Shown one piece after another: positions 16,756 through 25,381 of a stretch of 41,642 nucleotides of DNA (position 1 is its first letter; every line of letters starts with the position of its first letter). The translations under genes were made by a program, and so were the position numbers. The notes under the pieces were generated by a model. It made no database searches. It saw nothing but the letters and a program-made list of their open reading frames with translations, and had not been told where the DNA came from. The DNA is from a virus (lineage: Duplodnaviria > Caudoviricetes): positions 1 to 41,642 of the IMG/VR virus record IMGVR_UViG_3300027749_000208. One strand, written 5' to 3'.

Positions 16756-17098
16756 TAAGCCTTTGCACTACATAAGCCTCACTAATCCCCTTGTTTGAAG
16801 CCTTAATAACTACCAATGGCGTAGGCGCTACCTTTAAATGCTTAGCCTTGCGATAGTTCTCTGCCTCTACATCTGCCTCACGCAACCAACCCGATAGGTC
16901 AATCTTTCCATCACGGCGTGGTGCCTTGGCTTCGATTACATATATGTCATTGTCTGTTGGTAGTGCAACATCACCAATGTCGTTGCGCCCTGCTCGTGGT
17001 AGACGTTGAGCGTTTAAACCCTGTGTCATCAACCAATCTGCAAGTTCAATCTCAAAGGCTGCACCTCTGCGCTTGTTACTTTTCTGTGGTGTTGTCAT
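16733..17098 (-). CDS. Holliday junction resolvase (Hjc-like PD-(D/E)XK)
   Basis: NKRRGAAFE...R..RAG.NDIGD...IEAK. Confidence 0.8.
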   Translation of the reverse strand: MTTPQKSNKRRGAAFEIELADWLMTQGLNAQRLPRAGRNDIGDVALPTDNDIYVIEAKAPRRDGKIDLSGWLREADVEAENYRKAKHLKVAPTPLVVIKASNKGISEAYVVQRLSDALAKL

Positions 17099-17810
17099 TA
17101 GACTGTGCCTCCGCTGCTTTCGCTGCTTGCCAATACAATGCATAGAAGTTCTCATCGAAGGCAAATCGTTTCATGTGTTTTGCAATGGCACCTGTATGTG
17201 CATGCACATCAATACCTGCTGCTTTTAACTTACGGAAGAACACAATGTCCTCACCTACAAACTTTTCTCCTAAGTTCTCAACCTCAGCAAACATAGACTG
17301 GTCAGGGAACTTGGCTCGTAGTAGTGGAACAACTGACTTATGCATGAGCGTAAGTCCTAGTCCAGCACAATCAACCTTAACCACTTGATTTTTAGGTAAC
17401 GGATGCAAGTATTTAATCTGGTGCTCATGGCTACCTTCATCAAATAGAGCAGGCATAGGTTGCATCAATGATGATTCCATCTGTTTAGATATAAAGTACA
17501 CACCACTAACTACTGGACGGGCTATCTTATCTGCCGTATTCCATAGTAGTTCTAGTATGTCAAGGGTTAACACTATGTCGGAGTCAACCCATAACAACCA
17601 GTCTGTTTTAATACTGTCAGCCCACATGTCAAAGAGGGCTTGGCGCTGCCTGCCTATCTGATTACCTTGCACACGCACGGCATTATGAATACCAATTCCA
17701 CGCGTTGGTGCTGTGATAGTTGTATAGAGTAAACCTTCGGTAAACTTACCATCAGTCAAACCATTATCACACCAACCAATAGATAGTGTTTCTTTACTTG
17801 AGTGTGCCAT
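17076..17810 (-). CDS. Glycosyltransferase family 2-like (GT-A fold) protein
   Basis: RQ...DWLLWVDSD (DxD), VVSGVY, AGLGLTL, GEDIVFF, H...H.K. Confidence 0.8.
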   Translation of the reverse strand: MAHSSKETLSIGWCDNGLTDGKFTEGLLYTTITAPTRGIGIHNAVRVQGNQIGRQRQALFDMWADSIKTDWLLWVDSDIVLTLDILELLWNTADKIARPVVSGVYFISKQMESSLMQPMPALFDEGSHEHQIKYLHPLPKNQVVKVDCAGLGLTLMHKSVVPLLRAKFPDQSMFAEVENLGEKFVGEDIVFFRKLKAAGIDVHAHTGAIAKHMKRFAFDENFYALYWQAAKAAEAQSNDNTTEK

Positions 17811-17812
17811 GT

Positions 17813-18172
17813 TTAAACTTCTCCCTCTGAAATGTCTAGTACTTGCATTGCGTTCTCTGCCATCTCTTTCCAAGCCGTAGCCATCTCAAAGAGTTGGTCT
17901 GCTAAAGCGGTAGTACAATCATTAGCACGGCACTCTTGTAAGTGCTTACCTAATTGACCAACATAGTCTGCAAACTGTATTGACTCTAACCATATTGCCG
18001 AAGGGTTATAGATTTGTTTCGTTGCATCTTCGATGCGGTCCATAACCTCAGGCAATTCATGTCTAAGTAGTTCCTTCACTTCCGATGGAATGTTTGACTT
18101 CTCCACCATGGCTAGGATTTCCTCTGGTGTATTCGGCAGTTCCCGTTTCAAGAAACTGTTTAAACTCGTCAT
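17813..18172 (-). CDS. Hypothetical protein (start uncertain)
   Basis: ORF within the - strand operon; stop lies inside the GTTTAAAC junction at 17811. Confidence 0.55.
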   Translation of the reverse strand: MTSLNSFLKRELPNTPEEILAMVEKSNIPSEVKELLRHELPEVMDRIEDATKQIYNPSAIWLESIQFADYVGQLGKHLQECRANDCTTALADQLFEMATAWKEMAENAMQVLDISEGEV

Positions 18173-18389
18173 CTGTGAGTTCCTGGAATCTACCAGTCTC
18201 CTTTTTCTTCCAAACAATCGCTTTCCATCCAATCGTATAGGTCGCATTTGCTGGCACTAACATCAACTGTGCCTTCATATCAGTTAGCAACTGCTTGGTG
18301 GGTATTGTTAATTCATTTGTTACTTGTTTTAGTGGAACCTCACCACCGTTTTCGGCTACGGTTAGTTCCCATTCACTTGCGTTACTCAT
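18063..18389 (-). CDS. Hypothetical protein
   Basis: ATGA-coupled to the helicase gene. Confidence 0.6.
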   Translation of the reverse strand: MSNASEWELTVAENGGEVPLKQVTNELTIPTKQLLTDMKAQLMLVPANATYTIGWKAIVWKKKETGRFQELTDDEFKQFLETGTAEYTRGNPSHGGEVKHSIGSEGTT

Positions 18390-19165
18390 GCTTGCACCAT
18401 GTCCAATACACTCATACTTGCGGGGTCATAAGAAAGCCAGACTGGTGAACCACCACTGGCATCAGCAGGACCGTAACGATTTTTAACTGCGTTAACTCCC
18501 ATAGTTGCTAACTGCGGATAGACAGTCAGGATAAGGCTTGGCGTTTGTGCTACCTTGCCATGTAATGCAAAGCGTGGAGGACAAGGGTTACCTTGTACAC
18601 CCTCGCTAGTGTGATGACAGACAAGCACTGCTGCGCCTGTCTCTCTAGCCCACCACTTGAGTTCCTTCATCAGTGTGCGTAATCCGCCCCACTCATCTTG
18701 TCCATCAAGGGTTACATCAACTGCATTGTCTAAGACAATCAAGTGCACATCTTCACCAAGGCGCTCTCGCGCAGCAAGGACTGCATCTTCAATGTCTTTT
18801 AATGTTGGTGCTGAATCAAACTCCCACATGATGTGGTCAGCAGGCTTGAGCATTTGTGCTGCCCATTCCCTGTCTTGGTCCATCAAAGGCTCAACCTCTT
18901 GTTGAGGTTTACCTGTGAGCATAGCCAATAGGCGTAGGCTCATGGTGTGTGAGTGTGTATCAGCAGATATGTACAGCGTGGGTACCTTGGCATGTACTGC
19001 CAGTGCTAAAGCAAATGTAGATTTTCCAGCCCCTGGAGGGCCAGCAACCATGCTTACCTCACCGTAACGAAATGAAATCTGTTGCGCTCCAAGAGAGTGC
19101 CACACTGTAGGCAGCGTAGCACCCCCTTGGGATGCGGTCTTAATAGCCCGCGATAGTAAGCGCAT
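18386..19165 (-). CDS. DnaB-like (SF4) replicative helicase
   Basis: GEVSMVAGPPGAGKST, LYISAD, IVLDN, CHH, VKNRYG. Confidence 0.88.
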   Translation of the reverse strand: MRLLSRAIKTASQGGATLPTVWHSLGAQQISFRYGEVSMVAGPPGAGKSTFALALAVHAKVPTLYISADTHSHTMSLRLLAMLTGKPQQEVEPLMDQDREWAAQMLKPADHIMWEFDSAPTLKDIEDAVLAARERLGEDVHLIVLDNAVDVTLDGQDEWGGLRTLMKELKWWARETGAAVLVCHHTSEGVQGNPCPPRFALHGKVAQTPSLILTVYPQLATMGVNAVKNRYGPADASGGSPVWLSYDPASMSVLDMVQA

Positions 19166-19167
19166 GA

Positions 19168-19575
19168 TTATCCCTTAGCGGAACAAGCAGTCTCTCGTGG
19201 ATTTGGGCAAGCAAAGAACGACTTGTATGGCTTACCCACTTTACTAATGCCTGCAGGAACCATACGCATAGGCAAGCCATGGTCGCAGGTTGGTGAAACA
19301 CTAGGTGTTGATTGATACGGAGTTGTTGTGGTGTTAACTGCAGTTGGTGCAATAGCACCGTAATGTGCCTGTTGTGCCACAGGTTGTGGATTTAATCCAG
19401 CACTTGATAGTGCACCCAAGGCTGTAACTGTCTGCTCAAGAGCAACGATGTTAACGATGCGTGTTGTTAATGAATCAATGTACTGGTCTAACTCTGCCTC
19501 ACTCCATGCACGGACATTAAGAAGTGTTCCGCCAGGGGTCTTGAGGTTAATCTGAAATGGTGCTTCGTTACTCAT
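19168..19575 (-). CDS. Conserved actinophage protein with C-terminal Zn-binding motif
   Basis: PTCDHGLPM...GISK.GKPY..FFACP; lies between nuclease and helicase. Confidence 0.65.
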   Translation of the reverse strand: MSNEAPFQINLKTPGGTLLNVRAWSEAELDQYIDSLTTRIVNIVALEQTVTALGALSSAGLNPQPVAQQAHYGAIAPTAVNTTTTPYQSTPSVSPTCDHGLPMRMVPAGISKVGKPYKSFFACPNPRETACSAKG

Positions 19576-20419
19576 GGACTTCGCTTTCTGTTAGTTCGGG
19601 ATAGAGATATGAATCTTTGCCGTTGACGGCATAACAAGCATGATTGACTGAACAAGTACCACACATGAATCCAGTGTTAGGCATGAAGATGTTGTTCTCC
19701 ACTGCCAGTTTAAACGACTTAACACGGGAGCCAAGGCGTGACTCTGTATAGTGTGAGAGGTCGGCGGGGCTACTTAATTCCCCAGTCCTAGCCATCCAGT
19801 AGGCACCCTTGACAGGGAGCATACCAAATACTTTCTCTACCAGTATTGCGTAAGTGCCCAACTGTTCGTTGGACTTAGGTTCTTGTGCGCTTGTCTTGAT
19901 GTCAATGACAGTGAGTTCACCGTCAGGTGAGACCATGAGGCGGTCAAGATAGCCTCGCACTTTTACTCCATGTACTTCTTTTAGGAGTTCAGTTTCGATT
20001 GCTGGCCTTCCATCAGGCATAATGAATACCTGATACCCGCTTTCTTGGCGGAATTGAATCCAGTAATCAACCATCTTTGGACCATTGGCAAGCCACCATG
20101 AAGCATCTTCCTTGTTTGGATATGCCTTAGTTGACCTACCGCCTGCCCTGAATGGCATGCCAGTATCGCTGGCTGCGTACTCTTTGTTCCACTCGTTGGT
20201 AAATACCACCGTAGGGTCAAAGACTCCCGCATCAGCGGGCCATGTGTCATATATTTCAGTTGCAGTGTGTACAGATTTACCGCCTACTAACCAGTAGGAA
20301 GGGTTCTCAGTTACGTTCTGCACTCGGCTAAGGTAATAGTTCCAGCCACAGTTGAGCCAAGTTGTAATGGCGCTGTGACTGACGTAATCCTTGCCAGTTA
20401 GATTTTGTAATGTTGTCAT
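19568..20419 (-). CDS. RecB/Cas4-like PD-(D/E)XK exonuclease
   Basis: SHS...CG..Y, G.SVH, RGYLDR, IDIKTS, QL..Y, C..C.....C Fe-S motif. Confidence 0.88.
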   Translation of the reverse strand: MTTLQNLTGKDYVSHSAITTWLNCGWNYYLSRVQNVTENPSYWLVGGKSVHTATEIYDTWPADAGVFDPTVVFTNEWNKEYAASDTGMPFRAGGRSTKAYPNKEDASWWLANGPKMVDYWIQFRQESGYQVFIMPDGRPAIETELLKEVHGVKVRGYLDRLMVSPDGELTVIDIKTSAQEPKSNEQLGTYAILVEKVFGMLPVKGAYWMARTGELSSPADLSHYTESRLGSRVKSFKLAVENNIFMPNTGFMCGTCSVNHACYAVNGKDSYLYPELTESEVHE

Positions 20420-20431
20420 GTTTCTCCTTCA

Positions 20432-20508
20432 ATAGAGGAGACTACTACACAATCTCTCCTCTATCGAGGTCTGTGCATAATTATTTTATCGGCGTGTCTC
20501 GGCGTGTC
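20432..20508. promoter_or_regulatory. Divergent control region: 10-bp inverted repeat ATAGAGGAGA/TCTCCTCTAT plus tandem TCGGCGTGTC x2 (GACAC boxes on - strand)
   Basis: Inverted repeat 20432-41/20455-64; direct repeats 20489-98 and 20499-508 at the strand switch. Confidence 0.55.
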
Positions 20509-20776
20509 GCACACAAATGTAGAAAAACCATGTAGTACACTCCTGTTCGTGCAGAGCAAGGGTGTATTGGCGAGGTTCCACCGAGCCAAACGAGTTAAGC
20601 AGAAGCCTAGCATAGACCTGCGAGGAATACCAAGCCATGCCTGTATATGTGGCTCATTGGTATTTAAAGTCAAGTGCATGTTTGAGGACAATAACATTTC
20701 GTTATGGTTTGTTGATGCAGAGTGCGACCAATGCGGAGCGTTGGTAACCGTGCCTACCCCAGTAGATGTGCTCTAA
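20504..20776 (+). CDS. Zinc-finger hypothetical protein (true start probably downstream)
   Basis: DLRGIPSHACICGS...ECDQCG...PTP. Confidence 0.65.
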   Translation: MSHTNVEKPCSTLLFVQSKGVLARFHRAKRVKQKPSIDLRGIPSHACICGSLVFKVKCMFEDNNISLWFVDAECDQCGALVTVPTPVDVL

Positions 20777-20937
20777 TGGAAAAGACTTTAGAGATACACC
20801 TTGCTGAATTGCGTGAGAAGATAGCCAAGGACATTGAAGATGGCGGATACGTTTGGTTCAATAGCGAATCAAGTAATATCATTGTCAGAAAGATTATCAG
20901 TCAAGCAGCAGAGTATGCCAGAGGAAATGGTGAGTAA
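20776..20937 (+). CDS. Hypothetical protein (53 aa, MEKTLEIHLAELRE...)
   Basis: TAATG coupling. Confidence 0.6.
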   Translation: MEKTLEIHLAELREKIAKDIEDGGYVWFNSESSNIIVRKIISQAAEYARGNGE

Positions 20938-20938
20938 C

Positions 20939-21028
20939 ATGAAGAAAGAAAACCTAGTCAGTATCTTAATCTTCACACTCATGGTGTTAAGTTTTGCCAT
21001 GGGCTACATCTCTAAAGCATACGGATAA
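20939..21028 (+). CDS. Small membrane peptide (MKKENLVSILIFTLMVLSFAMGYISKAYG)
   Basis: Hydrophobic 29-aa ORF directly after the preceding stop. Confidence 0.45.
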   Translation: MKKENLVSILIFTLMVLSFAMGYISKAYG

Positions 21029-21034
21029 CAGCCT

Positions 21035-21208
21035 TTGATTTACCCATACCAATGCACCAAGTGCAGCATCACTGTTGAACTTGAGCGTTCTATCCATGCC
21101 GAAGCAGATGCTCCTATGTGCACACCATGCGGTGAGCCTATGTCACGCATATTCAGCGTGCCAGGAGTTAAGTTCAATGCCCCTGGTTTCTACTCAACGG
21201 GTGGCTAA
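21035..21208 (+). CDS. FmdB-family zinc-ribbon protein (TTG start, 57 aa)
   Basis: Manual translation: IYPYQCTKC...MCTPCG..M.RIFS...KF...GFYST. Confidence 0.8.
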   Translation: MIYPYQCTKCSITVELERSIHAEADAPMCTPCGEPMSRIFSVPGVKFNAPGFYSTGG

Positions 21209-21774
21209 TGGATTATCCTAACTGGTTTATAGACACCAATGCCATAGACAACTTCAAGCGCCACCTGCTGCCCCTTAAGGGCAAGCCAGTGGATTTCCTG
21301 CAGATAGGTGCCTATACGGGTGATGCATCCAAGTGGATGCTAGATGAAATCTTGAGCCACCCCGACTCAACCTTGACTGATGTTGATACATGGGAAGGTA
21401 GCGATGAAGCACTCCACGAAAACATGGATTTCGATGATGTATTTAAAACATACATAACAAAGGTTGGCAACTATGGCAACCTTACCTACCGCCAAGAAAC
21501 AAGCGTTGACTTCTTTGGAAGTAACAAAAAGTTATATGATTTTATCTACATAGATGGCGACCATACAGCCTTCGGTGTAATGAAAGACTTGATGAGTTCA
21601 TACTCAGCCCTTAAGTCTGGCGGGATTATTGCATGTGATGATTACCAATGGTCAGAAGGCAAGGGTAATTACTTTGACCCACGCCCTGCCATTGATGCTT
21701 TTTTCAACATAACACGCGACTATTTTACAGTCATTGAAATTGGCTGGCAAGTATGGTTTAAACATGCAGCATAA
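21208..21774 (+). CDS. Class I SAM-dependent methyltransferase (Methyltransf_24-like)
   Basis: LQIGAYTG, DVDTW, YDFIYIDGDH, LK.GGII..DDY. Confidence 0.85.
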   Translation: MDYPNWFIDTNAIDNFKRHLLPLKGKPVDFLQIGAYTGDASKWMLDEILSHPDSTLTDVDTWEGSDEALHENMDFDDVFKTYITKVGNYGNLTYRQETSVDFFGSNKKLYDFIYIDGDHTAFGVMKDLMSSYSALKSGGIIACDDYQWSEGKGNYFDPRPAIDAFFNITRDYFTVIEIGWQVWFKHAA

Positions 21775-22093
21775 GTTGCTTCTTAAGAACCCAACTTTGC
21801 GCTTTGGCATCTGTATCATTTGTGGCCCTACAAAATTAAAGAAGAAACAGTACGGCTGGTCGTGTCGTACTAAGTACAACCAATACCGCTCTAGTCATTA
21901 CAAGTTAAAGAAACTGCATTGTGAACTATGCGACTTTGTAGCAGAGCACCGTGCCCAGTTAGATGTGGACCATATAGACGGTGACCACGATAACAATGAA
22001 CCTGAGAACTTACAGACTTTATGTGCTAACTGCCACCGTCTTAAGACAGTAAACAATAAAGATTGGGAAAGCAAAAAAGCCCCCCGCAATTAA
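21764..22093 (+). CDS. HNH endonuclease
   Basis: CELC...LDVDHIDGDHDNN..ENLQTLCANCHRLKT. Confidence 0.9.
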   Translation: MQHKLLLKNPTLRFGICIICGPTKLKKKQYGWSCRTKYNQYRSSHYKLKKLHCELCDFVAEHRAQLDVDHIDGDHDNNEPENLQTLCANCHRLKTVNNKDWESKKAPRN

Positions 22094-22105
22094 GCGAGGG
22101 GCTTT
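22073..22105. terminator. Intrinsic terminator at converging operons (U-tract on - strand)
   Basis: AAAAAAGCCCCCCGC-AATTAA-GCGAGGGGCTTT. Confidence 0.8.
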
Positions 22106-22119
22106 GTCTGTTTAAACTA

Positions 22120-22320
22120 TTAGTTAGAACCAGGGCCGTAATCTTTTGAGTGCTTGTTAGCCCACTTGGTCAGCGGCAGGGCCAATGAACCAATAAGAAC
22201 TGCGTACTGAGGTTCTAGGTTGGCAACTAGGGCAACGCCCATAGTAATTGCAGAGGCAATGACGGCTAGACCGTAATCTTTAATAGCCCTAATTTGTTTG
22301 TCTGATAAAAACTTCTTCAT
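22120..22320 (-). CDS. Putative holin
   Basis: 66 aa with two hydrophobic segments, next to endolysin; C-terminal KWAN...DYG. Confidence 0.7.
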   Translation of the reverse strand: MKKFLSDKQIRAIKDYGLAVIASAITMGVALVANLEPQYAVLIGSLALPLTKWANKHSKDYGPGSN

Positions 22321-22823
22321 TATTTACTCCATTTCGGTCTACCGAAGCCCACGATGTATGGCTTTAGTTTTGCTTTGTTGTTTGCTTTGTAAGCGCGAGT
22401 GCGGATAGCAACTTCCCCACCGTTGGCTTGGGAACCCTTCGCTTTCTTTTCAGGTGAAGTATTACCTTCAATGGTAGTAACAGTACCGTCAAGGTTATCT
22501 TTAACCACGATGCCAACATGCTCCACCTTCGCTCCACCTTCAATGAAATCAAAGAATACTATGTCTCCAGGTGCTGGCTTAGCAGTAGCAGCGTTGCTCC
22601 ACGTTCCTATACCTTGAAAACCTGACACCCCAGCAGGGGTATAAATACAATTTGGAATCTTTAATGCTGGCTTGAGTTGTGCAAAGCACCAGTTAACAAA
22701 GGAACCACACCAGGGTTGTCCATCGTGTCCACTCCACTTGCCATACTTTGTGTGGTTTTCGCCTGCTTCTACAGTGCCAACCTCGGCCTGTGCTATTGCT
22801 AATAAATCATTTGTTTGCGTCAT
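22320..22823 (-). CDS. Endolysin, CHAP/NlpC-type amidase
   Basis: PWCGSFVNW, PGDIVFFDF, HVGIV, TIEGNT. Confidence 0.9.
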   Translation of the reverse strand: MTQTNDLLAIAQAEVGTVEAGENHTKYGKWSGHDGQPWCGSFVNWCFAQLKPALKIPNCIYTPAGVSGFQGIGTWSNAATAKPAPGDIVFFDFIEGGAKVEHVGIVVKDNLDGTVTTIEGNTSPEKKAKGSQANGGEVAIRTRAYKANNKAKLKPYIVGFGRPKWSK

Positions 22824-23070
22824 CGTATCTCGCCTTCATCACAGCAACATCAATTTTAATAGTATGTTGGTGTTCAAGTAGTTCTTCAACTTTGTTAATT
22901 AACCCAGTCTTACCATCGTTATACAAGGCGTACATAATCTTGCTTAACTGGTCTTTCAATTCTTCCGTTTGCTTTGCTACATAATGTCTTGCCATTATGC
23001 TGCCACCTGCAAGGATGGCAATTCCAACAAAGAAGTATGAGTAGACGATGGTTGCTGTATCTGGGTTCAT
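22807..23070 (-). CDS. Membrane protein in the lysis cassette
   Basis: One TM helix plus coiled coil, upstream of endolysin. Confidence 0.65.
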   Translation of the reverse strand: MNPDTATIVYSYFFVGIAILAGGSIMARHYVAKQTEELKDQLSKIMYALYNDGKTGLINKVEELLEHQHTIKIDVAVMKARYDDANK

Positions 23071-23082
23071 GTGGGATATTCC

Positions 23083-25116
23083 TTATACGACAGTACGGGC
23101 TACGACTTGGCAAATGCCTCCGAAGCCTGAGTAGTTGCGGGCGGATGGGGTTGCGCGAGTGAATGTAATCTGTTCGATAACACATTCGATAGGTTCTCCA
23201 CCAGCGGTGAAGTCCTGAATAACAATGGTTGCACCAATGCTTTCAACTGACTCAAGTGCAAACAATCTGTCACGAGCATAGCCTTCATAGCCTATTATGT
23301 TGCCAGTCTTATCAGTCTCTCTGTCATACATGAATAGTGGAATCTGTAGCACACGGGCACGAGTTGGTGAAGGTAAGGCTTTAACAGCAAGACCAACTAC
23401 AACAGGACCAGTAGTAGCATCAGTACTTCTTTGAAGTAACTCAACTGTAAATGCAGCATCTGGAGTTACACTTGGGTATGCATCAATCAAATCAATATCT
23501 GCAGCAGTTGTAGTATCTTCCGTAAATGTTTTAATAATAGTTTCAGAACCATCATAGGCAAGTTTGTATAGTTCAATGTCACCATTGGCTGTATCATTTA
23601 AGGTACGCACACGCACACGCTTCCATGCTTTATTTTCCATGGTGTCGTAGCGGATTTTACCTGAACGAATCGTGCCAGAATCAACTAAGTTAGTAGCATG
23701 TTCCATCCATATACCAGAGTTTTCAATAGCAAAGATAAGACGGCTTGGTGAATCAAAGATACGAACGGAACGCACTGTTCCAGTGATACCTTCGGCATAA
23801 ACATCGGTTGCGCGGGCATATACACCAGTTGAAATAGGCTGAGCGTACCCTGAAAGGGTAATAGGTTGACCTAGATTGATACGCATTGTTCCTGAGGCAG
23901 AGTTAACACCGTTGGTATTGGCTGCCCAAATGTAAGAGTCACGGCCTTCAAAGTCATAGACACCGTTCTCATTGTGAAATACCAATGGTCCGTATGTCAT
24001 GTCACCGTTTTGGTCTAGCGTTGCAATGCGAGCGCCCTTGTTTGAACCAACCATAAGGTATGTTCCAAGGTATGCATAGAGCGATAAGATAAGTTCGCCT
24101 CGTGGCATTACAGCAGCAGTAACAATAGTTCCTAGAACTCCTGCATTATCTACTTGTAATTTAAAGATAGTAGAGTGGTCACCTGCGTAACCACCAAGGT
24201 AGATTGCAGCAGAGCCTTCGGTTATGGCACTCCATGTCCATAGTACGGGCATGTTGACTGAACCATTGATAAGAGTTCCTGATGCTGCCACCATTGTTGT
24301 CTTAATATCAACGGCTGCGCCAGCACCTTTGCTGTTAAAGGTAAGTTCATATGCTGAGTAAGTTAAATCAGTAAACTTAAATGCAGCAACGATACGGCTT
24401 TTAACATACTTAAGAACCACATGGTCTGCTGTTAGACCATTGTAGGCATAATGTTTATGTGTTGTGCCATCAGATAGTTTGACATCGTAGATGCCAGCAG
24501 TTGTAGCCACATACATGTATGTACCATCTGAGGTAGTAGCAAGGACTGTTTCATTGTTAATAGAGGCATAGTTAACCAAGGCAGTAGAGACACCAGCGGT
24601 AGTAATCTTATACATGGCTGTAGTCTGTGTTGTGCGTACTGTCATATCTGTAGCAACGGCAAAGGCAACACCAGTAGAACTAGCACCCGTATCAACCTTG
24701 CACTTACCAGTAAAAGCCTGAACAAGTGTTGTCTTTTTAAGCAGAGTTAATTGGCCTGGAGTCCATACATCTACGCCATAAGAGTTATTGAAACGAAAGC
24801 GTACTTCGTTATCATTACCTTCCATTGGCTCTGTGTATTGGATACCTTCGCCATAGTGCCAAGAGGACTGGCTGCGTGTCCAATAGCCTGAGCCTGCAAG
24901 CGTATGCTCACCTGGGTCACGCATCTGGTCTACACGCTGAGCACGAAACTCTGCAGTCTGTCGCTTGTATGGTGTGTTGTCTGTTACTGCCATAATGAAT
25001 GGCAAACCAGCAATAGCAACATCGAAGGCATTAGCGTTTAAATCATAGTATGTGGATAGACGGCCCGATAAATCAATTATCGTGCGCTCGGTAATGTCAG
25101 GTGCTCTTGATACCAC
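23083..25116 (-). CDS. Tail protein (probable nozzle/tail tubular B-like, beta-rich)
   Basis: 677 aa beta-strand-rich protein in the tail module; role inferred from size and position. Confidence 0.6.
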   Translation of the reverse strand: MVSRAPDITERTIIDLSGRLSTYYDLNANAFDVAIAGLPFIMAVTDNTPYKRQTAEFRAQRVDQMRDPGEHTLAGSGYWTRSQSSWHYGEGIQYTEPMEGNDNEVRFRFNNSYGVDVWTPGQLTLLKKTTLVQAFTGKCKVDTGASSTGVAFAVATDMTVRTTQTTAMYKITTAGVSTALVNYASINNETVLATTSDGTYMYVATTAGIYDVKLSDGTTHKHYAYNGLTADHVVLKYVKSRIVAAFKFTDLTYSAYELTFNSKGAGAAVDIKTTMVAASGTLINGSVNMPVLWTWSAITEGSAAIYLGGYAGDHSTIFKLQVDNAGVLGTIVTAAVMPRGELILSLYAYLGTYLMVGSNKGARIATLDQNGDMTYGPLVFHNENGVYDFEGRDSYIWAANTNGVNSASGTMRINLGQPITLSGYAQPISTGVYARATDVYAEGITGTVRSVRIFDSPSRLIFAIENSGIWMEHATNLVDSGTIRSGKIRYDTMENKAWKRVRVRTLNDTANGDIELYKLAYDGSETIIKTFTEDTTTAADIDLIDAYPSVTPDAAFTVELLQRSTDATTGPVVVGLAVKALPSPTRARVLQIPLFMYDRETDKTGNIIGYEGYARDRLFALESVESIGATIVIQDFTAGGEPIECVIEQITFTRATPSARNYSGFGGICQVVARTVV

Positions 25117-25135
25117 TATGACTCCTTAAATAGTA

Positions 25136-25381
25136 TTACGACAGTAACAACTTCGCTTCATCGGCGCTAATGCCAAGTCTGGCGAGTAGGGCTGCTTTGG
25201 CTGTTGCCTGTGCAGCATCTTGTTCTGCCTTCCAAGCATCATATTGTGCAAATCCCGCGTTAAATTGCGCTTCTGTAATTGGCTCACATTCTAAAAACTC
25301 TATGCCTTCATACTCATCACCGCGAGCAACATAGCCGCCATTGGGAATTAACATACTTAAAACATTTTGGATTGTAGCCAT
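25136..25381 (-). CDS. Small fibre-associated (chaperone-like) protein, module 3
   Basis: C-terminal AALLARLGISADEAKLLL shared with two paralogs. Confidence 0.6.
   Translation of the reverse strand: MATIQNVLSMLIPNGGYVARGDEYEGIEFLECEPITEAQFNAGFAQYDAWKAEQDAAQATAKAALLARLGISADEAKLLLS

Larger units (their letters stand above)
8088..22117. repeat. Dispersed array of the palindrome GTTTAAAC (31 copies in this interval, ~37 in the window)
   Basis: Hand-located at 8088, 8424, 8789, 9109, 9382, 9673, 9878, 10088, 10520, 10871, 11061, 11107, 11143, 11586, 11928, 12235, 12565, 12960, 13359, 13608, 14256, 14519, 14890, 15907, 16615, 17012, 17811, 18158, 19708, 21756, 22110; outliers at 3045, 29720, 30649, 31387, 36194, 41331. 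Confidence 0.92.

Noticed and set aside
19568-20419. Cas4-like nuclease as evidence of CRISPR-Cas
   Set aside because: No cas1/cas2 or array; stand-alone RecB/Cas4-like exonucleases are routine in phage replication modules.
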